A stretch of DNA of 14,337 bases from the UHGV virus genome UHGV-1688991; one strand, given 5' to 3'. A program made the position numbers and the translations under genes. Position 1 is the stretch's first letter. Every line of letters starts with the position of its first letter. Positions 8,311 to 14,337 of this stretch are shown here, one piece after another. The notes beneath the pieces were generated by a model. That model did not search any database. It worked only from the letters and a program-made list of their open reading frames with translations, and was not told the origin of the DNA. The stretch comes from a virus.

Positions 8311-9529
8311 TGGCGTTATCCTTCTGCTTACCGGCTTTACTGCCATCGGAGGGTTTCGTGGTCATGTTCATCGGTGTGAGATAGACATCCCCACCGGGAC
8401 GCGGATTCATATCTTCCAGGTCGCGGCAGTCATTGGGAGAGTAAATTCCCCAGTTGATACCGGTGGCGTAGGCTTCAAAACGGGACTTCATATCCCCGCG
8501 CAGTAACGCCCCGGCGTTAAATTTGGCGTAATAAACGCCCTGCTTACTTTTTCGTACCAGTCCGGTGTTGATCCGCTGCTCAATGCGGGTCAGATACGGC
8601 ACCAGTGAATAGTTGATAAATCCCAGCCCCAGCTCTTCGATATTGTTGAAGGTGGCGCGATCGGTGTTCTGCACCATGTGCAATGGCACCCGGAACAGAC
8701 GACAGATTTCTTCAAGCTGAAACTTGCGGGTTTCCAGGAACTGGCTGTCCTCGGCGTTCAGCGCCATCGACTTCCAGTCCAGCCCCATCTCAAGGATCAT
8801 CGGGCGGTGAGCATTGCCAAGCCCGGTGTGACGCTCCTCAAAATCTTTCTTCAGGCGCTCATAAGCCTGATCTGACAGCGTCTGCTCTGTACGCAACACA
8901 CCCGACGTCACCGCGCCATTGCTGAACAGTCTGGCCCCGTGCTCTTCGGTCGCTGCCGCCAGCGATATTGCCTCGCGGGCATAGGCGATGGGATTCAGCC
9001 CCACCAGTCCGTCCATCGTCAGCGTGCGCACATGCCAGATATCCTCCTGGCTCAGTACATCCGTGGAGCCATCCGGGAATGTGACCTGATAGACCGGCTC
9101 CCAGCTACTGTTAAGCTTCGGTACCACACAGCCGGGATCGACGGGCAGCAGTTCAGCCACTTCGCCAAATGCTTTCACTTTGTAGGCGTAAAAGTTTCCC
9201 CGCAGGCACAGACAGGTGACCACCAGCTCCCAGAACTCCTGCGGCGTCATATAGCCATTGGGATGCGTGGAGATCAGCTTATGCAGACGTTCACCAGTGG
9301 CTCTCTGCTTCAGGCTGCCGTTCAGGTGATACAGGTTGCAGGGCAACATCCCGACCGACTCCGCCAGCACCCTGACACAGGAAAAAACCGCCGTCAGTCG
9401 CATGGCCCGCTGGCTGCTGATCTGCTTTCCGGTATAGGTGTCGTAGGACAACCCGATAGCATCCGCCAGCTCTGCTGGCGTGGTCACCGGTGCGTCACTT
9501 TTTCGTTGAAATAATCCCGAAAAGAACAC
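8288..9529 (-). CDS. Portal protein, HK97 family
   Basis: 413 aa; characteristic size and position after terL. GTG start at 9529 with SD GGAGGT 5 nt upstream. Confidence 0.9.
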   Translation of the reverse strand: MFFSGLFQRKSDAPVTTPAELADAIGLSYDTYTGKQISSQRAMRLTAVFSCVRVLAESVGMLPCNLYHLNGSLKQRATGERLHKLISTHPNGYMTPQEFWELVVTCLCLRGNFYAYKVKAFGEVAELLPVDPGCVVPKLNSSWEPVYQVTFPDGSTDVLSQEDIWHVRTLTMDGLVGLNPIAYAREAISLAAATEEHGARLFSNGAVTSGVLRTEQTLSDQAYERLKKDFEERHTGLGNAHRPMILEMGLDWKSMALNAEDSQFLETRKFQLEEICRLFRVPLHMVQNTDRATFNNIEELGLGFINYSLVPYLTRIEQRINTGLVRKSKQGVYYAKFNAGALLRGDMKSRFEAYATGINWGIYSPNDCRDLEDMNPRPGGDVYLTPMNMTTKPSDGSKAGKQKDNANADETTS

Positions 9530-9711
9530 TATTTACCTCCGCCGACAGACGACTGTGTACGGTCGAGATATCGCGCCACCAGCCACGACCAGAACAGGCA
9601 CAACGCCCCGGCAACAACAAACCCCGCCGGGGGATAAATCAGCCAGGCACCATACGCCAGCAAAAGCGCCCCCAGCACGCCCACCAGAGGCGCGAGAATC
9701 AGCATGATCAT
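9529..9711 (-). CDS. Small hydrophobic membrane protein (60 aa, two predicted TM helices)
   Basis: [67 protein letters not shown] lies 4 nt upstream of ATG 9711. Its TAG overlaps the portal GTG by 1 nt. Confidence 0.5.
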
Positions 9712-9722
9712 AATTACCTCAG

Positions 9723-11456
9723 TTAAAGCGAGCGGATCCCATAGGACTCAATGTGGTCAGACAGCGTGTCTTCTTTCTCGTACAGCATGGCTCTGCCAAC
9801 CGCCATAATCAGCGCAACTGCACCATCGATTTTGTTTTCCGCCTGCTCTTTGACGGGCTTCACCACATCATCGTTACCCGGAATGGTTTTGCCGACCACG
9901 TTGCCGATACACCAGGTCATGATGGGATTGCCATCATGATGAAAGCGCCCCGATTCAATTGCCGCTTCCAGCTCTTTCATCGGGTCGGACATGTTGGTGT
10001 AGTTCTGAATGATAGTGATGGGGTTCAGGTCTTCATCAGCAAGGTCATGTGACAACCCGGTCGCCCCGAAGGGGTCGATGGGTGACTCACTGACCGGGCT
10101 GATTTTGTTCGCCGCTTTGGCCTCCTCGAGGATGTAGCGATAATCCACCTCCGCACCATCGGTAACGGTCAGAACGCCCATTTCCACCCATTTCTGAAAG
10201 CGTTCGGCTGTCCGTCGATCTTCATTTTTCTCGACGCTGTACACCGTGTCATACGGTACCCAGAAACGCGGGGCCACACTGTAGTAATGCGTTTTACCGT
10301 CAATCTCGCGGGTATAAAGTCGCGCCATGCTGTTCATATCCAGCTTACGCGCCAGGTCAAAGGCCAGAATGCACGGCTGCCCCTCGAACTGCTCAAGGGT
10401 CAGTGATTTATCCTCGCAGCTCTGCCAGCTTACCAGGTTGAAATACGCCGAACGCGCCGACACCCAGATATTGAGGTGTTTTGTTTTAAAGACGTTTGCC
10501 AGACGGGCGTTATTTTTCGCACGCTGTTGCTGACTTAACAAAAACTCACGGTAAACCGACACCCCGATATTCGGGTTGGCTTTTTCCAGCACCTGTGGGT
10601 TGGTCCAGTCGTCACCTTCGTCAACGGTATAGATGATCCCGAACAGTTCATCGTTAGGCACCGAGCCGTTGAGCATCTCGATGACTTCCCGCCGCTTGTC
10701 GTAGCACGGCCCCTCAATGTTGTACCCGGCGGTGGTGATGGCCCACATCAGTGGCTGACGTCGCGCCCCCATCCCGGTAAGCATTGTGGTATAAAGCGCA
10801 TCGGTGGCATGCTCGTGATATTCATCAACCACGGCACAGTGGGGTGATGAACCATCACCGGGGTTGCCGATCAGCGGTTCAAACCGCGCGCCATCCTCCG
10901 GACGGTTCATGTTTGAGGCGTTAACCTCAATCCCGAACGCTTCCGTCAGCATGGGTGTGCGTTTACACATCAGTCGCGCCGGGCGAAAGACTTCCCACGC
11001 CTGTTTCTCTGTCGTGGCACCGGAATACACTTCCGCGCCAAACTCGTTATCACAGGCAAAACAATACAGGGCAACACCGGCAGAGATTGCCGATTTGCCG
11101 TTCTTACGGGGAATTTCGGTATACACCTCCCGGAAGCGGCGCAATCGGGTGCCTTTATTGACCCAGCCAAACGCACAGCAGATCACAAATAGCTGCCACG
11201 GCTCCAGCGTGATGGGCATCCGTTTGAATGCCCACTCACCCTTGGTATGCGGCAACAGCTGAATAAATTTGGCGGCCCGTTCAGCCAGGTCCTTGTCGAA
11301 GCGGTAACGAAACGACTTACTTTTTTCCGCCATCAGGTCATCAAGATGGCGCTGGCAGGCCTGAATCACAAACTGGCAGGCCACAATCTTTCCGCGCACG
11401 ACATCCCGGGCATACTGATTTGCAGCATTTACGTTGGGGTAAGATTTCCGGCTCAT
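9723..11456 (-). CDS. Terminase large subunit
   Basis: 577 aa with Walker A-like PRKNGKS, Walker B-like AVVDEYHE and C-terminal nuclease-type acidic motifs. ATGA overlap with terS. Confidence 0.92.
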
Positions 11457-11947
11457 GATTCGATAATTTTCAGAAACGGGTTAGTGGCTTTCTTCTGCCC
11501 CGCCAGGCCAATCAGACGCTGGCGGCTGCTGGGGTCGAGTCCGAGCATTGCCCCCGTGCTGCTCATCTCGGACTCCTGTTCTTTTTTGGCGGTCAGCTCC
11601 GGATTTTTGACCCTGCCGCCCATTGCACCGGTGATGGTGTTGCCCTGTATGGCAATATTTTTCACGGCACGTCGCCAGAACTCATAGGCCACGCACCACC
11701 GCTCAAGCACCGCGAGGTCAGTCACGCACAACAGGCCCTGACCGCAGAGTTCTTTGGTTGTCAGTTGCCACATGATCGTGGCGAGAGGGAGATTTTCTTC
11801 TGCGAACCACTCCGGTGGCTCAACACCTTTGATGGGCGTAAAAACAGGTTCATCTTTATTCAGGGCTCGCTTGCCGGGGTTTCCGGCCAGCGCCTTGCGC
11901 GCCGTTGGCTTGGGGCGACGCCCGGAACGCCCCACCGTTCCAGCCAT
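11453..11947 (-). CDS. Terminase small subunit (P27-family-like)
   Basis: About 164 aa, basic N-terminus ([13 protein letters not shown]), immediately upstream of terL. Start revised to ATG 11947 with SD AGGAG 8 nt upstream; the track's GTG 11956 would fall on this SD. Confidence 0.8.
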   Translation of the reverse strand: MAGTVGRSGRRPKPTARKALAGNPGKRALNKDEPVFTPIKGVEPPEWFAEENLPLATIMWQLTTKELCGQGLLCVTDLAVLERWCVAYEFWRRAVKNIAIQGNTITGAMGGRVKNPELTAKKEQESEMSSTGAMLGLDPSSRQRLIGLAGQKKATNPFLKIIES

Positions 11948-12072
11948 ATGCGGCACTCCTGGTTAAATTTCATTTTTCGCGGGTATAAAAAAACGATGGG
12001 GCGGGCAGTCCGGAAGACGTCAGGCCGCAGGGATTTGACCCGCCCCTCCCCTCAGGCAGTTGAGAATTATTA
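11948..12072. other. Candidate cos / packaging-initiation region
   Basis: The only non-coding gap between HNH and terS. It has a GC-rich core with inverted GGGGCGGG (11999-12006) and CCCGCCCC (12040-12047) arms, next to an AT-rich tract (11975-11995). The position matches HK97-type cos sites. Confidence 0.35.
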
Positions 12073-12423
12073 TCACTTCAACCGTTCACGGGCCGTCTTC
12101 GCCTTATGACACGGCCAGCACAGGCTCTGCAGATTACTGTCGGCATCAGAGCCGCCATGCGCTTTAGGGATGATGTGATCAACGGTTTTCGCTTCACGCA
12201 CCACACCGGCACGCAGACATAACTGACACAGGCCTTTGTCACGCTTCAGCACACGCGCGCGGATAACGTCCCACTTCGAACCATAACCGCGCTGGTGACG
12301 GGACTGACCTGGCTTGTATTGCCTCCAGCCTTCGCTTTTGTGGCTTTCACAATAGCCTGACGGATCTGTGGTGGTATGGCGGCAACCGCGAACACGGCAG
12401 GCTTTTGGGATTCGTGGCGGCAT
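12073..12423 (-). CDS. HNH endonuclease, terminase-associated
   Basis: 116 aa; N-terminal Cys cluster (CRVRGCRH...C) and C-terminal DHIIPKAHGG...NLQSLCWPCH HNH motif. Positioned immediately upstream of terS. Confidence 0.85.
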   Translation of the reverse strand: MPPRIPKACRVRGCRHTTTDPSGYCESHKSEGWRQYKPGQSRHQRGYGSKWDVIRARVLKRDKGLCQLCLRAGVVREAKTVDHIIPKAHGGSDADSNLQSLCWPCHKAKTARERLK

Positions 12424-12835
12424 ATGTACTAATCTCCGATTTATCCAAATTTCACTGCCATAATGCCGACATTCTCTGCCATTATTGGCTCCGTTTATCC
12501 GTTAAAAGGGATATCAGTTAAGTTATCCCGTGTAGGGTATAAGCCATTGTCGAGACCACTCATTGAATGGTCTCTGCAATAACCGATGTCTTTCCATCAG
12601 TCCGCCACCACAAAGAATCTTTTTTGCCATAAGGCAGGAGGTTCATCTTTCAGTGGCTGCCAGTGTTATTTCCCCACTTACTGGCTTGGGTTGCTTCGTG
12701 GTACTGCCGTTAACTGGTGGCGCACAGATTTAGTTAAATCTGTTCTCGCATGATCCAGCTTTTACATACCCGGATTGTGGGGATGCAAATCACGGTTTCA
12801 TTATCAAGCCCACCAGTAGATGGGCTTTGTAATGG

Positions 12836-13093
12836 CTACTTCGCTTTTGCTTCCGCTCGCTTACGCCGGCGCTCTTCTTTCCTCTCGGCTTTTGCCATGT
12901 CCATGAATGCCTGCATGATCGAGTTCCGCATCATGTAGCTAACAAAGTGATGATTGACACAGCCGTTGAGGCGCAGCTGCTCGCCAAACTCATCCACCGA
13001 GGCCAATGCTTCCATCATGCCCTTCTCGCCTTTCATGAACTCTGAGAAGTCGCGCCCCGCTCTGGAGGCGCATTCAATAACACGATCACTCAT
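12836..13093 (-). CDS. Hypothetical protein (85 aa), translationally coupled to the KilA-N gene
   Basis: ATGA start/stop overlap with the upstream gene at 13090-13093. Highly charged C-terminus (ERKEERRRKRAEAKAK). No family recognised. Confidence 0.5.
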   Translation of the reverse strand: MSDRVIECASRAGRDFSEFMKGEKGMMEALASVDEFGEQLRLNGCVNHHFVSYMMRNSIMQAFMDMAKAERKEERRRKRAEAKAK

Positions 13094-13587
13094 CCCGGAA
13101 GCCCGGGGATCGTAATCTGCAGCTGGTTAGCCAGGGAGTTAATCTCAGCGACCAACACTGGCTTCGTATAGCGCCATGCTGCCAGCCCTTGTCCGCAGAA
13201 GCTCGCCATGTCTTTCTTCTGGTCAAACTCATGACATTTCATGTTGAGCTGCGCACTTAAGCTGTTGCGATGCTGAAGTTCTCCGGTGAAGTAGTCATCG
13301 AGGACTTTATAGGCCGCGTACTTGAACCCGGGGTTTAACCAAGCCGCATAATCGTAAGCAACAAACTTCCCGCCATATGTTCCACCGTGTACACCGCGCT
13401 CAGTAAAAACCACAGATTCGTGGTTTTTCTCCAGCTCGGCTAAGAACTCTTTGGTCTGCTTGTTTCGCAGGTAGTGGTAAGGCGATTCAGATTCACTTTT
13501 ACCACTGGCTTTCCACATATCAGTGAGGCAGATCATTCCTGATTCATCAACACGGATCGGTGTATTAAAAAGCGTGATTGCTTTCAT
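13090..13587 (-). CDS. KilA-N domain protein (antirepressor-like)
   Basis: The N-terminal ~100 aa match the KilA-N pattern (...ICLTDMWKASGKSE...RGVHGGTYGGKFVAYDYAAWLNPGFKYAAYKV...). Start set at ATG 13587 (SD AGGT upstream); the track's longer ORF from 13656 has no SD. Confidence 0.6.
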   Translation of the reverse strand: MKAITLFNTPIRVDESGMICLTDMWKASGKSESESPYHYLRNKQTKEFLAELEKNHESVVFTERGVHGGTYGGKFVAYDYAAWLNPGFKYAAYKVLDDYFTGELQHRNSLSAQLNMKCHEFDQKKDMASFCGQGLAAWRYTKPVLVAEINSLANQLQITIPGLPG

Positions 13588-13738
13588 AGCGTCTTTACCT
13601 TTTAGAAAGATGAGCCTGTTCGCACAGAAAAGCCGCCCCGAGATGGTCGCCACCATATACGGCAGTTCTCAGGCTCAACTTTCTGAAAGGCTCGGGTGAT
13701 GTAATATGCGCGTGAGATGCGCTGTGAAATTCAGATGT

Positions 13739-13762
13739 AAAAAAAGCCCCGCATCGCGAGGC
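13739..13762 (-). terminator. Rho-independent terminator downstream of Rz/Rz1
   Basis: The minus-strand RNA would form GCCUCGC-GAU-GCGGGGC (7-bp stem with one G-U pair) followed by UUUUUUU. It lies 33 nt after the Rz stop. Confidence 0.55.
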
Positions 13763-13794
13763 TCATTAAATGGACTTTGTGATTTGCAAAAAAA

Positions 13795-14337
13795 TTATTT
13801 CAGGCATTGCGTCCTGATGTATTCCTGCAGGTAGTTAACCTGCGCGGTTATCTTGTCGATTCCACTTCGGAGACGGTAATAATTGAGTTCAGCATCTGCT
13901 GTAAGTCCTGGGCTTTCTCCATCGCCCATGCCGCTGGCTCCGGTCGTTGACTTTGCACAGGTGGCGGCGACTTGCAGGCGCTTACGCCCAGCAGAAACAT
14001 CAGCACGGAGACTTTCGATAGTCGCGTTAGCATCAGCAAGCTCCTTTGTGTATCTTGCGTCGAGTTCTGCTACATCACGTTGACGCTTCCGCATGTCAGC
14101 GATGGTGGCGTTCGCCTTCTCCAGTTCACTGGCCTTGTTATCGCGCTGCTCTTTGTAGGCGATTGCGTTATCACGGTAATGATTAACAGCCAATGACAGG
14201 CAGAGGGCATTCTTCACACCATCCTCATCCACATGAGTCGTAATGTAATCGGCTACCTGCTTCAATTCATCACCAGCATTGCCCATTGCTACACCTACAC
14301 CTGCCTTCTTGATGATAGAGATGTCGTTGCCGCCATC
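13795..14337 (-). CDS. Rz: Chimeric ORF, 5' end outside window: Cof-type HAD hydrolase C-terminal segment fused in frame to an Rz-like i-spanin lacking its TM anchor
   Basis: From about 14200 downward the protein aligns with lambda Rz along its length ([10 protein letters not shown]...YTKELADA...GRKRL...). Upstream, the same frame reads [45 protein letters not shown], the C-terminal motif of Cof/YidA-type HAD phosphatases. The frame is open to the window edge. Confidence 0.6.
   Translation of the reverse strand, partial: DGGNDISIIKKAGVGVAMGNAGDELKQVADYITTHVDEDGVKNALCLSLAVNHYRDNAIAYKEQRDNKASELEKANATIADMRKRQRDVAELDARYTKELADANATIESLRADVSAGRKRLQVAATCAKSTTGASGMGDGESPGLTADAELNYYRLRSGIDKITAQVNYLQEYIRTQCLK
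13848..14033 (-). CDS. Rz1: Rz1-like o-spanin lipoprotein, embedded in the Rz frame
   Basis: In the +1 frame inside Rz. Signal peptide with lipobox (LLGVSAC) followed by a Pro-rich region ([13 protein letters not shown]). ATG 14033 has SD AAGGAG 7 nt upstream. Confidence 0.7.
   Translation of the reverse strand: MLTRLSKVSVLMFLLGVSACKSPPPVQSQRPEPAAWAMEKAQDLQQMLNSIITVSEVESTR

Noticed and set aside
8311-8346. Upstream start for the prohead protease at 8346
   Set aside because: No SD and a 59-nt overlap with portal; the ATG at 8310 has an AAGGA SD at proper spacing.
6686-8506. Plus-strand ORFs antisense to the capsid, protease and portal genes, including the Ser-rich 7314..7748
   Set aside because: Low-complexity antisense translations; no independent support.
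8678-11687. Plus-strand and nested ORFs within the portal, terL and terS coding regions
   Set aside because: Antisense or alternate-frame ORFs inside genes with clear catalytic or structural motifs.
12585-12752. Plus-strand 55-aa ORF in the intergenic region
   Set aside because: No SD, Trp/Cys-rich composition without hydrophobic or functional pattern; likely a chance ORF.
12424-12835. Possible tRNA, CRISPR array or attachment site in the long intergenic region
   Set aside because: No T-loop-like GTTCRANYC motif or cloverleaf-sized complementarity, no regularly spaced direct repeats, and no integrase nearby. The inverted repeats are reported as a finding instead.
13588-13656. Longer N-terminal extension of the KilA-N ORF (track start at 13656)
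   Set aside because: The extension precedes the KilA-N domain, has no SD, and the internal ATG at 13587 has a plausible SD. The longer form cannot be excluded.
13588-13738. Sigma70 promoter for the KilA-N cassette
   Set aside because: Only weak -35/-10 matches with wrong spacing (TTGAGC-N13-TATATG, TTTCAC-N17-TATTAC); not reportable as a feature.
13883-14196. Plus-strand ORFs 13883..14083 and 13972..14196, antisense to Rz/Rz1
   Set aside because: Antisense to a region with strong Rz and Rz1 homology; no RBS or recognisable product.

Overview
This window is almost entirely a minus-strand late operon of a mosaic, apparently defective prophage, with an HK97-type head/packaging module joined to a Mu/SfV-type contractile-tail module. 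Reading 5'->3' on the minus strand (high to low coordinates): a Cof-type HAD hydrolase C-terminus fused in frame to an Rz-like i-spanin that lacks its TM anchor, with an intact embedded Rz1 o-spanin; an intrinsic terminator; a KilA-N protein coupled to an 85-aa ORF; about 410 bp of non-coding DNA with inverted repeats; HNH endonuclease; a GC-rich candidate cos region; terS (P27-like); terL; a small 2-TM membrane ORF; portal; prohead protease; major capsid; a small ORF; head-tail connector; head closure; HK97 gp10-like; Mu gp37-like; a small ORF; tail sheath; tail tube; a tail assembly chaperone with a -1 frameshift site; and the tape measure. The tape measure stop lies inside a perfect 20-bp palindrome, immediately followed by the 3' end of a convergent plus-strand ORF, so no baseplate or fibre genes follow. 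No holin, endolysin, integrase, tRNA, CRISPR array or IS element is visible. I found no candidate for a novel multi-gene system; the most unusual items are the HAD::Rz fusion junction, the truncated tail module and the small membrane ORF between terL and portal. All homology calls are from reading the translations against remembered family signatures, not from database searches.
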